Assembly (NCBI GenBank): GCA_963706115.1
Contig: CAVPMG010000023.1
Coordinates: forward strand, 37,613-101,612
From: an uncultured Actinomycetes bacterium
GTDB lineage: Bacteria; Actinomycetota; Actinomycetes; Streptosporangiales; Streptosporangiaceae
DNA length: 64,000 nt
Direction: 5' to 3'
This document shows, piece by piece, positions 27,601 to 35,926 of the stretch. The notes under the pieces were generated by a model. That model made no database searches. It was not told where the DNA came from and was given only the letters and a program-made list of their open reading frames with translations. Numbering within the stretch: the first letter of the stretch is position 1; each line of letters starts with the position of its first letter. Both the position numbers and the translations under genes were made by a program.

Positions 27601-28354
27601 TGATGTACCCGCGCAGCGCCATCCAGCCACCGAGCGCGAGCACCCCGACCTGGCCGAGCGAGGGGATCGCCTGCAGCGCAGGGTTGTACTTGGCCATCAG
27701 CCGCACGGTCCGCACCCGGGAGCCGTAGAGGTCCGAGCCTGCCCTTTCGAGCCGCTCGGTTTCCTGCTCCTCCTGCCCGAAGCCCTTGACCACGCGCACA
27801 CCGGTCACGGCCGCCTCGACCACCTCCGCGACCGCGGCCGCCCGCTGCTGTGCGTCCCAGCTCGCCGGGAACAGCGTGCGCCTGGACTTGAGCGAGATGA
27901 ACCACAGGGACGGGGCGACCGCGAGCGCGACCACGGTGAGCGGCGGCGAGAGCACCGCCATGGCGATCAGCGAACCGGCGAACAGCACCGCGTTGCCCAT
28001 CAGCATCGGCACCATGGACAGCAGGCCCTGGACCATGGTGATGTCGGAGATCGAGCGGCTCACGATCTGGCCGGTGTGCAGCTCGTCCTGCCGGGTGCCG
28101 TCCAGGCGGGACAGCGAGGCGAGGATCTGTGTGCGCAGGTCGTGCTGTACGTCGAGGGAGAGCTGGCCGGCCCGGTAGCGCCGCAGGTACAGGGCGCCGA
28201 AGTTGGCCATGGCCGCGACGAGCAGGGCCACCGCCAGCGGCCAGATCGCGGCCTGGGCGGAAGAGGTGAGGTTGTCCACGATGGCCCGCTGGATCAGCGG
28301 GATGGCGATCCCCACCCCGGCGACCACCAGGGTCCCGCCGAGGGCAAGGATCAC
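24650..28354 (-). CDS. Fused full-length ABC exporter (TMD-NBD-TMD-NBD)
   Basis: 1234 aa. Walker A GTAGSGKST and GQTGAGKST; signatures LSGGQRQR and LSAGQRQL; Walker B LVLDDATSAVD and LLLDEATAALD. The annotated GTG start (28354) falls inside what looks like conserved N-terminal sequence (see findings). Confidence 0.9.
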   Translation of the reverse strand: MILALGGTLVVAGVGIAIPLIQRAIVDNLTSSAQAAIWPLAVALLVAAMANFGALYLRRYRAGQLSLDVQHDLRTQILASLSRLDGTRQDELHTGQIVSRSISDITMVQGLLSMVPMLMGNAVLFAGSLIAMAVLSPPLTVVALAVAPSLWFISLKSRRTLFPASWDAQQRAAAVAEVVEAAVTGVRVVKGFGQEEQETERLERAGSDLYGSRVRTVRLMAKYNPALQAIPSLGQVGVLALGGWMALRGYITLGTFLAFSSYLLALVGPVRSLAALVTLGQEARASVIRVFEVIDARPVVTDRPGALALPPQTPAVEFDDVQFGYVPSQPVLRGLSLRVAPGETLALVGTAGSGKSTISLLLPRFYDVRDGAVRVGGFDVRDLTQDSLRAAIGLVLEESFLFSDTVAANIAFGRPDATREQVVAAARAAEAHQFITALPDGYDTVVGEQGLTLSGGQRQRVALARALLTDPRILVLDDATSAVDPRVEAEIHQTLRHVMAGRTTLLIAHRRSTLRLADRIAVLDEGRLAAEGSHEELMASCPLYRLLLAGPGDDAEGIGAGELDAYQDATDLVEPGAAGQAPAAVTATKAGAPQPVALAAARTAVPARPASGRLRNAASSGFLGGVPASPELLAQVDALPPASETPGVDAAAARAPDSHFTLRRLLRPFLVAFAVGLVLDGLDALANLAMPALVRGGIDHGIETGVQSAIFAVSVAALLITLADWVINAVQTTVVGRTSERLLYTLRVKLFAHLQRLGLDFYERELSGRIMTRMTTDVEALSSFLQTGLITMVNSVLLVAGVLAVLLLINLKLGLVVLAIMPVAAVATAVFRAKASVAYQDARDKVSAVNADLQENVAGLRVSQAYRREERNLERFTGRSDAYRRSRLRAQRYIALYFPFVQSLSTLASGLVLLVAAGQMHSGALTAGALIAYLLYIDMLFSPVQQISQVFDGYQQAAVGLRRIRELLHTPTSTPQAAHPLPSPRGRARIELQDVHFSYAGTGQEALAGVSLTVAPGETVALVGQTGAGKSTLVKLVARYYDVTGGRVLVDGTDIRDLDLASYRRRLGVVPQEAFLFAGTVRDAIAYGRPEASDAEVLAAARAVGAVDMISRLPGGFGHEVSERGRNLSAGQRQLIALARAYLVDPDILLLDEATAALDLVSEAAVARAAERLLASRTTLVVAHRLTTAARADRIVVIDEGRIAEVGTHDDLLAAGGTYASLWDAFTGDATLAA

Positions 28355-28699
28355 GTTGCGCGGGTAGCGCCAGCAGTACCCCGTAAGCCGCGCTATCCAG
28401 CCGCGCTCGCGTGGGCTGGCGCCCGGTGCGCTGGCCGGGCCTTGCGCGCGATCAATAGTTGTGTTCCGGTCCGTGCTCTCCTGACCGTTGTTGTCCGTCG
28501 CCGCTTCCTTCCATCCCCGAGGGGGCCCGTTGCGGTGCAGCCAGGCGGCCGCGCTCGCCTATGGAGCGTCTCCCCAGGGCGCCCTGTCCGGCCGTGAATG
28601 TGGCCGCGCGAGCGGCGCCGGGGCTATGCAGGCAGGCTCCCGCTCCAACGATCACCAACACCGGGGGAACGCCGCGCATTTCCACGCCGCCCGGGGCAG

Positions 28700-29389
28700 T
28701 CAGCCGGCGCCCGGTTCGATCAGGCCGTGTTCGTAGCCGAACACGACCGCCTGGACCCGGTCCCGCAGCCCCAGCTTGTCCAGGATGTGGCCCAGGTGGG
28801 TCTTCACCGTGCTCTGCGACACGGTCAGCGCGTCGGCGATCTCGGTGTTGGACCGGCCGCAGATGACCAGGTCGAGTACCTCCCGCTCGCGCGGGGTGAG
28901 CCGGTCCAGTTCCGGCGGCGGCAGGCGGGCCGCCGGTTTCCGGGCCGCGAACTCGGCCACCAGCCTGCGGGTCACCTGCGGGGACAGCAGCGCTCCACCG
29001 TCGGCGGCGGCGCGCACGCCGAGCAGCAGTTCCTCGGGGGGCGCGTGCTTGAGCAGGAAGCCGGACGCGCCCGCGCGCAGCGCCTCGTACACGTACTCGT
29101 CCAGGTCGTAGGTGGTCAGCACGACGACGCGGACAGGCCGGGCCCCGTGCGCCACGGGGGCGGAGAGGATCCGCCGGGTGGCGGCGAGCCCGTTGAGCAC
29201 CGGCATCCTGATGTCCATCAGCACCACGTCCGGCGCGACCTTGCGGGCGAGGTGGACCGCTTCCTCGCCGGTGCCCGCCTGCCCGACAACGGTCAGCCCG
29301 GGCTGGCTGTCCAGCAGCGTGGCGAGCCCGGCCCGCACCAGGGCCTGGTCGTCCGCGATCACGATGCGGACCGGTTCGCCGCCGGTCAC
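28700..29389 (-). CDS. NarL/LuxR-type two-component response regulator
   Basis: GTG 29389 overlaps the kinase stop (GTGA). Receiver VRIVIADDQALVRAGL...VVLMDIRMP; output HTH LTPREREVLDLVICGRSNTEIADALTVSQSTVKTHLGHILDKLG. Confidence 0.9.
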   Translation of the reverse strand: MTGGEPVRIVIADDQALVRAGLATLLDSQPGLTVVGQAGTGEEAVHLARKVAPDVVLMDIRMPVLNGLAATRRILSAPVAHGARPVRVVVLTTYDLDEYVYEALRAGASGFLLKHAPPEELLLGVRAAADGGALLSPQVTRRLVAEFAARKPAARLPPPELDRLTPREREVLDLVICGRSNTEIADALTVSQSTVKTHLGHILDKLGLRDRVQAVVFGYEHGLIEPGAG

Positions 29390-30789
29390 CGCGCGCCTCC
29401 GGCGGGCGCCGCCTCGTCCCCGGCGCGGTGGCCCGCCTCGGCACCGGTCTGGTCGCGGGCCTCGGCACCGGCCTGGTCGTGGGCCTCGGTACTGGTCTGG
29501 TCGTGGGCCTCGGTACCGGTCTGGTCGCCGGTCCCGGCGCTGGCCTGGTGGCCCGCTGCGGTACCGGCCGGGATGCTCGCCGCGCCGTAGGGCAGTACCG
29601 CGGTGACGAGGAACCCGCCGTCCGGGCACGGGCCCGCGTCGAGGGTGCCACCGTAGAGTTCGGCCCTCTCCCGCATCCCGCGCACCCCCAGCCCGAGCCC
29701 CGCCCGGGCCCCGCCCGCTGGCCGCGTCCCGGCCCCGGCTCCTGGACGGGCGGGCGCAGCGGCCGGCCGGTGGTGGCCGTGCGGCGGGGCGGTGTTTCGT
29801 ACCGTGATCTCCAGCCGCGCCGGGGTGTAGCGGAGCGCGACCGTGGCGGTGGCACCGGGCGCGTGCCTGGCCACGTTCGCCAGCGCTTCGGCGACGATGC
29901 GGTAACCGGACAGTTCCGCGCCGGGCGAGAGCACCCGCGGCCCGCCCTCGATGGCCAGTTCGGCCGGTACCCCGGCCTGCCTGGCCGCGGCGATGAGCGC
30001 GTCCAGCCCGGCCAGCGTCGGTGCGGGCGGCAGGTCGGCGGCGGCATCCGGATCGCGCCGCAGGGCCCCGAGCAGGTGGCTCAGCTCGGCCAGCGCCTCC
30101 CTGGACAGCTGTTCCACCCTGGCAAGGACCTCGGCCGAATTGCCAAGACCACCCGCACGCTGCCCGCCCCCCGCCGCGCCCCCGGCCGCGACGCGGGCCG
30201 CGCCCGCCTGCACGGCGATGGCCGAGAGCTGGTGGGCGACGACGTCGTGCAGCTCACGTGCGATGCGCGTGCGCTCCGCCTGGTGCGCCGCCGCTACCGC
30301 CGCGGCCGTCTCGGCGCGCCGGGCGCTCGCCGCGTCGCCGAGCACGAACGCGGCCCCCAGCAGTGCGAACGGCGCGGCGGCCAGCCTGATGTGGTTGACG
30401 GCGACGGTCACCAGTGCCACCGCCAGTGCCGCCCAGCCCAGCCAGCGCGCGTACCGCCTGGTGGCGGCCGAGTAGGCACCGAGCCCGTACGCGCCGATCA
30501 GGACGGCCGCGAACGCGGAGATCTCGTTGCGGCCCAGGGCGGCCCGGGTCGCCAGCACCCCGGCGGCCAAAGCCAGCACCAGCGCGGGAAAGCGGCGGCG
30601 CCAGCAGAACGGAACCGACATGGCCAGCGTGAGCGCCAGCGAGCCGAGCACGACCGGGGTGGAGCCCGCGTGGCCGGACGGTTCCCACCACCACGGCACG
30701 TCCGGGAGCCCCCAGGCCAGCAACACGGCCGCAATAGCCAGGTCCACCCGCTGGGGGCGCCCGAGGTCACGCCAGGCCGGCACGCGCAT
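29386..30789 (-). CDS. HisKA_3-type sensor histidine kinase with a repetitive C-terminal tail
   Basis: ATG 30789 (MRVPAWRDL..). About 5 TM helices, H-box ARELHDVVAHQLSAI and an HATPase region, followed by DQTGTEAH-type 8-aa repeats. The ORF stays open upstream to 31110 through the 30-bp repeat. Confidence 0.85.
   Translation of the reverse strand: MRVPAWRDLGRPQRVDLAIAAVLLAWGLPDVPWWWEPSGHAGSTPVVLGSLALTLAMSVPFCWRRRFPALVLALAAGVLATRAALGRNEISAFAAVLIGAYGLGAYSAATRRYARWLGWAALAVALVTVAVNHIRLAAAPFALLGAAFVLGDAASARRAETAAAVAAAHQAERTRIARELHDVVAHQLSAIAVQAGAARVAAGGAAGGGQRAGGLGNSAEVLARVEQLSREALAELSHLLGALRRDPDAAADLPPAPTLAGLDALIAAARQAGVPAELAIEGGPRVLSPGAELSGYRIVAEALANVARHAPGATATVALRYTPARLEITVRNTAPPHGHHRPAAAPARPGAGAGTRPAGGARAGLGLGVRGMRERAELYGGTLDAGPCPDGGFLVTAVLPYGAASIPAGTAAGHQASAGTGDQTGTEAHDQTSTEAHDQAGAEARDQTGAEAGHRAGDEAAPAGGAR
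29436..29555. repeat. 24-bp in-frame tandem repeat (about 4-5 copies) in the kinase 3' end
   Basis: CCTCGG(C/T)ACCGG(T/C)CTGGTCG(C/T)GGG at 29436, 29460, 29484 and 29508, plus a degenerate copy. It encodes (D-Q-T/A-G/S-T/A-E-A-H/R) units. Confidence 0.8.
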
Positions 30790-30908
30790 GATCCGAGAGT
30801 ATGACCGCCCGGCGCCGTCGTGCCCGGGACGCCCGGCCGCCATTACGCGCGGGGCGCTCGGCACCGTCGTATCCGGGCCACCTGGTGCCGTCGGGCCGGG
30901 ATCGCTGG

Positions 30909-31075
30909 GCGGGGTGGTGGGGCCAGAGCTAGCAGAGCGCGGGGTGGTGGGGCCAGAGCCAGCAGAGCGCGGGGTGGTGGGGCCAGAGCCAGCAGAGCGC
31001 GGGGTGGTGGGGCCAGAGCCAGCAGAGCGCGGGGTGGTGGGGCCAGAGCCAGCAGAGCGCGGGGTGGTGGGGCCG
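30909..31075. repeat. 30-bp minisatellite, 5 full copies plus 1 partial (locus 1)
   Basis: Unit GCGGGGTGGTGGGGCCAGAGCCAGCAGAGC at 30909, 30939, 30969, 30999 and 31029, with a partial copy from 31059. It lies between the ABC-2 permease stop (31091) and the kinase ATG (30789). Confidence 0.9.
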
Positions 31076-31090
31076 AGCTCTCGCGCCGCA

Positions 31091-32029
31091 TTAGCCGCTG
31101 ATGTCGGCACGCCGGAAGATCCGCTCCGCCACGGCCAGGCCGGCCACCACCAGCCCGGCCAGCCCGGCGAAACCGGCCACCTGCCCGGGCGGCGCGCCGG
31201 TGCCGAGGAACCGGGACCAGAAATTGGCCGGCAGGGCGGTGATCGAGCCGAGCCCTGCCGGGAAGCCCATCCAGCTCGCCACCCAGGTGGCCGGGGTCCA
31301 GGGCCCGGCGCCGGGCAGCGCCGCCACGGCCAGCATCGCGATGATCGCGCCCGCGGTGGCCGCGATCGTGCCGATGGCGCCCCGGGTGATCACCGCGGCG
31401 AGCAGCCCGATGATGGCGAACGCGGCCAGCACGAGCAGCGCCCTGGCCACCTGCGAGCCGGACAGGCTGAGCCCGTGGGCGACCGTCTGGCCCGGCCCGG
31501 GCAGGTGGCTGATCCTGGCCAGCACTGGCCCGGCCAGCGCCAGCGCTGCCCAGCAGGCGGCGATGAGGCCGACGCCGGCCAGCCACAGGCTCACCAGCTT
31601 GGCCACCAGCACCTGCCAGCGGCGGCCATGCTGGGTGAGCAGGCTCTTCATGGTCCGGCCGGACCACTCGCCGCCGACGTGGGCGCCCGCGAGCAGCGCC
31701 ATCGCCAGGGCCCCGGGCAGGGAGGCGATCAGCCCGGCCGCCTCGGCCCCGGCCGCTGCCGGGGCAAGCTGGCCGGCGACCTGGGCGGGTTCCGCCCGGA
31801 TCTGCCGCAGCCGGGCCCGGGCCGCGGCCTGCCAGTGGGAGCATTGCGGCCCGGCGGGCACCTCTTCCGCCGCGCAGGAGGGCAGGTGCCGGGGCACGCC
31901 CTGGGCGTCGAGCATCGCGTTGTGGCTGCCGCCGGCGGCGAGCAGCAGGCAGAACAGTGCCGCCGCGGCCGCCACCCCGAAGCTCAGTGGCCGGGCGAGC
32001 TTGGCCAGTTCAGCATGAAGCAGTCGCAT
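31091..32029 (-). CDS. ABC-2 type transporter permease
   Basis: 312 aa, multi-TM. It has a large Cys-containing extracytoplasmic loop after TM1. It overlaps the ATPase gene by 20 nt. Confidence 0.75.
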   Translation of the reverse strand: MRLLHAELAKLARPLSFGVAAAAALFCLLLAAGGSHNAMLDAQGVPRHLPSCAAEEVPAGPQCSHWQAAARARLRQIRAEPAQVAGQLAPAAAGAEAAGLIASLPGALAMALLAGAHVGGEWSGRTMKSLLTQHGRRWQVLVAKLVSLWLAGVGLIAACWAALALAGPVLARISHLPGPGQTVAHGLSLSGSQVARALLVLAAFAIIGLLAAVITRGAIGTIAATAGAIIAMLAVAALPGAGPWTPATWVASWMGFPAGLGSITALPANFWSRFLGTGAPPGQVAGFAGLAGLVVAGLAVAERIFRRADISG

Positions 32030-32933
32030 CGTTCACCGCCGCGGTGTCCTCGGTCATGGTCAGGAACGCTTCCTCCAGGGCAGGCCGGTGCAGAACGACC
32101 TGATGTGGCCAGACCCCGCCCAGGCCGAGCGCGCGCGTCACCGCCTGGCCGTCGGCCTGGTCCACCAGCACCGCGCCCGGGCCATCCGGCCGCGGTGCCC
32201 AGGGCGCGAGCAGCGCCAGTGCGGCCCGCTTGTCTGCCGGGTCCAGTACTACGCGCACCCGCGCCCTGGCCGTGGCGAGCCCGGCCACCGGGCCCTGCTC
32301 CACCAGCCGGCCGGACCGCAGCACCGCGACCTGGTCGCAGATCTGCTCGACCTCCGCGAGCAGGTGACTGGACAGGAACACGGTGATGCCCCGGCCCGCC
32401 AGGGAGCGCAGCAGCGTGCGGAACTCGGCGATGCCCGCCGGGTCCATCCCGTTGGCGGGCTCGTCGAGCAGCAGCAGCGAGGGCTCGCGCATCAGCGCGG
32501 CCGCGAGGCCGAGGCGCTGCCGCATGCCCTGGGAGTAGCCCTTGACCTTGCGGTCCGCGGCCGCGCCAAGGCCGGCCGCCGCCAGCACCCGGCCGATCTG
32601 GCCCGGCGGCCCGGGCAGCGGCGGCCCGGACAGCGCCAGCACCTCCAGGTTGCGCCGCCCGGTGAGCCACGGATAGAAGGCCGGCTCCTCGATCATCGCG
32701 CCGATACCGGCGAGCGCGTCCGGGTCACCGGCAGGCCGCCCGATCACCTCGGCCCGGCCCGCGGTGGGCATCACCAGCCCGAGGAGGATGCGCAGCGTGG
32801 TCGTCTTGCCCGCGCCGTTCGGGCCAAGGAAGCCGAACACCTGGCCAGGGCCGACGTCGAGATCCAGCCCGTCAAGCGCGGTGACGCCGCCGTAGCGCTT
32901 GGTCAGGCCCTCGCACCTGATCACGCTGGTCAT
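32010..32933 (-). CDS. ABC transporter ATP-binding protein (ABC-2 subfamily)
   Basis: ATG 32933 (MTSVIRCEGLTKRYGG). Walker A GPNGAGKTT, signature YSQGMRQRL, Walker B LLLLDEPANGMD. Confidence 0.9.
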   Translation of the reverse strand: MTSVIRCEGLTKRYGGVTALDGLDLDVGPGQVFGFLGPNGAGKTTTLRILLGLVMPTAGRAEVIGRPAGDPDALAGIGAMIEEPAFYPWLTGRRNLEVLALSGPPLPGPPGQIGRVLAAAGLGAAADRKVKGYSQGMRQRLGLAAALMREPSLLLLDEPANGMDPAGIAEFRTLLRSLAGRGITVFLSSHLLAEVEQICDQVAVLRSGRLVEQGPVAGLATARARVRVVLDPADKRAALALLAPWAPRPDGPGAVLVDQADGQAVTRALGLGGVWPHQVVLHRPALEEAFLTMTEDTAAVNDATASC

Positions 32934-33087
32934 GCCCGGGCCTCCCGCCGTCCGGTCCCGCCGGGGCGGCGGGATCAGCAACGACGCTAGGGGTGGCGCG
33001 GCGCGCTGTCATCGGCACAGCGACGACCTTCGCCTCGTCCTGGGGACGAGACGGCCGGCGCCCGGAAGGATGCCCGGCCGGGCCGGG

Positions 33088-33788
33088 TCAGGCCAGGGCG
33101 GCATCCCTCGTGGTGCCGTACCCGGCCGCGAAGCTGAACATGATCAGCACGAACAACGCGAAGGTGATCACGTGGACGCTGGTGCACCACAGGCAGATGG
33201 CGCCGATCTTGAACAGTTCCGCGTAGACCAGCCACAGCACGAACACGATGCCGACCACCATCGAGCCGACCCGTGCCCACCGGATCGGCGGCCAGGTCAT
33301 CCGCCATACCCACGGCGAGTTGGCGACCGCGAGGAACAGGTAGAAGGCCAGGCCGAGCACCGCGACCGGGATGCCGAACGCGTACGACTGCGGGCTCGTG
33401 GTGACCTTCTCGCAGTTGACCGTGCTCGTCGCCGGGCAGGCCAGCGTCACCGACGTGTTGAAGTGGGCGATGGTCAGGTAGATCGACACGCCGAGGCCGG
33501 CGAGGGACAGCCCCCAGGTGGTCCACTGGAACCAGGCCGGCGGTCGCGGCGACGCCGGGCTCGACGGCAGCGGCGGCCGCCACCGGGGCCGTGCGCCCGC
33601 GCTGTACCTGGCCGGCTGCCTGCGCCTGCCCGTTGCCCGGCCTGTCCTGGCGCGCGGGCTGCTTACCTTGCCGCTGGCCGGCCTGCCGGTCGGGCGCTCG
33701 CCTCCGGGCGGCCGCCGCGGGTGCCCTTGTCCCGTGACTTGGTCCCGCCGCCTGGCCGGGCCGCCGTGCCCGGCTTGCGCGTGGCCAT
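33088..33788 (-). pseudogene. Vitamin K epoxide reductase (VKOR) family protein, apparently frameshifted in its 5' part
   Basis: The intact core ORF 33088-33489 contains the loop Cys pair (ACPATSTVNCEK) and the CLWC active site, but it begins with GTG in the middle of TM1 (..WFQWTTWGLSLAGLG-VSIYL). The only upstream start (ATG 33788, one nt after the DUF929 stop) is in another frame and hits TAA after 41 codons. Confidence 0.6.
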
Positions 33789-33789
33789 C

Positions 33790-34696
33790 TTAGAGGCCGC
33801 TCTGCACGGCCTGGACGGCTGGCGAGGAGCAGACGTCGGACGGCTGGTTGTTGGTCATCTTGCAGATGGCGCCGGTGATGTAGTTGGCCGCGCCGTTCAC
33901 GCTCTGGGCGACCGGCGAGGTCGGGTCCTTCAGCGCGGCGGCGATCTGGCTCCACGTCTTGCCCGCCAGCACCCCGGGGTCGTAGATGGGGGCCTTCAGG
34001 ACGAACTTGTTGCCGAAGGCGATGAACGGGTAGCCGCGGGTGCTTCGGGTCCGGCTCGTACTTGGCCCAGACCGCGTTCTGCGCGCGGTCGGGTTCTGCA
34101 GCAGCAGCGCCGGCTGACGTTCTCGATCTCCACCGGCGTGAACGTCAGGTAGTTGCTGTTGTAAGCCGGACTTGTAGAACGTCAGCGTCGCGGTGTTCGG
34201 GTCGGCGTCCGTGGACGAGGAGTGGATGCCGTGCAGCGGGGTCAGCGTGCCGAACCGGCTCAGCGCGATCGCCATCGACCAGCGCGTGGCCGCGCAGTAC
34301 GGGCAGAACTCGGCGCCGATGTAGAGCATCTGCGGTTTGCCGCCGCTGGTCAGCGCCGCGCCCGAGCCGGCGGTGAGCGCCGGCTGCCCTTGAGGTGAAC
34401 GCGGGCACCGCGCCCTTGCCCACCCTGTCCAGGGTGGCCGCGGGCACGCCGGTGACCTGGCTGGACACGCTGGCCGGCAGCAGCGTGCCGGTGGTCGAGG
34501 TACTGCCCGCACTGGAGGACGGCGAGCCCTGGGCGAGCTTGATCACTATGAACGCGGCCACGATCACCAGGACGACGAGCGTGCTGCCAACGGTGATCAT
34601 GATCCGGTTGCGCCGCTCCGCCTTGCGGGCCGCCTCGCGCTGCGCCGCGATCTTCTCGCGGGCGCTCTGCTGCTTGATCCTGCTCGCCTTACCCAT
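33790..34696 (-). pseudogene. DUF929 (thioredoxin-like, CPYC) secreted protein, disrupted by multiple frameshifts
   Basis: N-terminus and TM (MGKASRIKQQSAREKIAAQREAARKAERRNRIMITVGSTLVVLVIVAAF) are in the frame of ORF 34145-34696. GKPQMLYIGAEFCPYCAATRWSMAIALSRFG and the C-terminus are in the frame of ORF 33790-34512. Plausible peptide (YNSNYLTFTPVEIENV; AQNAVWAKYEPDPKHP) appears in other frames between 34030 and 34170. Confidence 0.7.
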
Positions 34697-34891
34697 CGCC
34701 TGTCCTCATGAAAGGGTTTACAAGAATCCCCCGGCCGCCCTCCATCGTAGGGCGTAAAAGATGCACTGCCGGCCTGGCCCGGACACGCATCGGGACATTA
34801 CCCCCGCCGGACCGCTGCGTCAGGACACGACCACGCAACGGTATGTCGGCACTTCTTGCGGGGCGCAATCAGGCGTAGCTACTGTCTCATC

Positions 34892-35920
34892 ATGTTGAAC
34901 ACTGGATCAGCGGCCCGCGCGCTGCGCGCCTGGCCGCTGGTGGCCGCGGCCACCGCAGCGCTCGTCCTGGCTGCCTGCAGCAGCAGCAGTAGTTCTTCTC
35001 CGTCGTCCTCCTCGTCCAGCAGCAAGCCCACGGGGACGGCCAGCGTCGCCTACGCGGCATCGCTCGAGTTCCTCAACGAGAAGGTCTTCGGGCCCGCGTT
35101 CCACACCGCGAAGGGGTATGGGTACTCGGGCCGGGCCGGCGAGTCGGGAGCGCTGGAGGCCGAGATCGCCGGGAACGAGATCACGCCGAACGTGTTCCAG
35201 GCGGTCGGCGGGGACAACATCACGCCGCTGTTCCCCAAGTTCACCAAGTGGTACGTGCAGTACGCGGGCACCCAGATCGCGGTCGCCTACAACCCCAACA
35301 GCAAGTACGCCTCGGACTTCGCGGCGATCGCCAGCGGCAGCAAGCCGATCTGCGACCTTTTCCCGATCATGGAGAAGAAGGGCTTCCTGCTGGGCCGGAC
35401 CGACCCGAACACCGACCCGCAGGGCCGCTCGTTCATTTACATGATCGAGCTCGCGCAGAGCTACTGCCACCTGCCGTCCAGCACGGTCACGAAGATCCTC
35501 GGCTCGCCGCTGGCCTCGTCGTCCTCCCCGCAGGTGTTCGCCGAGACCTCGCTGCTCGCACACCTGCAGGCCGGGCAGCTCGACGCGTCAAGCGCCTACC
35601 TGTCGCAGGCGCGCCAGCTGCACCTGCACTACATCGTGCTGCCGGCCGCGATCAACCTCGGCGACGCCTCGATGGCCGACGCGTACCACAAGGCCTCCAT
35701 CACGATCACCGGTAATGTGACCAAACATGGCTCACCGCTGGCGTACGTCATGACCATCATCGGCAAGCCGACCAGCGCGGGCACCTCGTTCATCGCCTAC
35801 GCGCTGTCGCCGGCGGGCCGGGCGCTGTACGCGAAGGAGGGGTACAACCTGATGACCCCGACGATCACCGGTGACGCCAGCGCGGTGCCCGCCGCGATAA
35901 AGGCTGAAGTAAGCGGGTAA
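34892..35920 (+). CDS. Lipoprotein substrate-binding protein of an oxyanion (molybdate/tungstate, WtpA/ModA-like) ABC importer
   Basis: Lipobox LVLAAC followed by a poly-Ser linker. GRTDPNTDPQGR resembles the DPNxDPxGYR motif of WtpA-type binding proteins. Followed by ModB/ModC-like genes. Confidence 0.7.
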   Translation: MLNTGSAARALRAWPLVAAATAALVLAACSSSSSSSPSSSSSSSKPTGTASVAYAASLEFLNEKVFGPAFHTAKGYGYSGRAGESGALEAEIAGNEITPNVFQAVGGDNITPLFPKFTKWYVQYAGTQIAVAYNPNSKYASDFAAIASGSKPICDLFPIMEKKGFLLGRTDPNTDPQGRSFIYMIELAQSYCHLPSSTVTKILGSPLASSSSPQVFAETSLLAHLQAGQLDASSAYLSQARQLHLHYIVLPAAINLGDASMADAYHKASITITGNVTKHGSPLAYVMTIIGKPTSAGTSFIAYALSPAGRALYAKEGYNLMTPTITGDASAVPAAIKAEVSG

Positions 35921-35926
35921 CAGCAC

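Noticed and set aside
30909-31075. Possible CRISPR array suggested by the regular 30-bp repeats (also at 43229-43338)
   Set aside because: The repeats are directly abutting with no spacers, and no cas genes are present in the window. This is a minisatellite, not a CRISPR.
30790-31110. N-terminal extension of the sensor kinase to ATG 31110 (574-aa ORF)
   Set aside because: It is not adopted as the primary model. All three minus-strand frames are open across the repeat, so openness is uninformative. ATG 30789 opens directly onto the first TM region. The extension is kept as an open possibility in the findings.
34697-34891. Possible Moco/Wco riboswitch in the divergent region upstream of the oxyanion transporter
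   Set aside because: I could not recognise the conserved Moco motif elements by eye; only a vague GCCCTCC segment is present. A covariance-model scan (Rfam RF01055) is needed before any claim.
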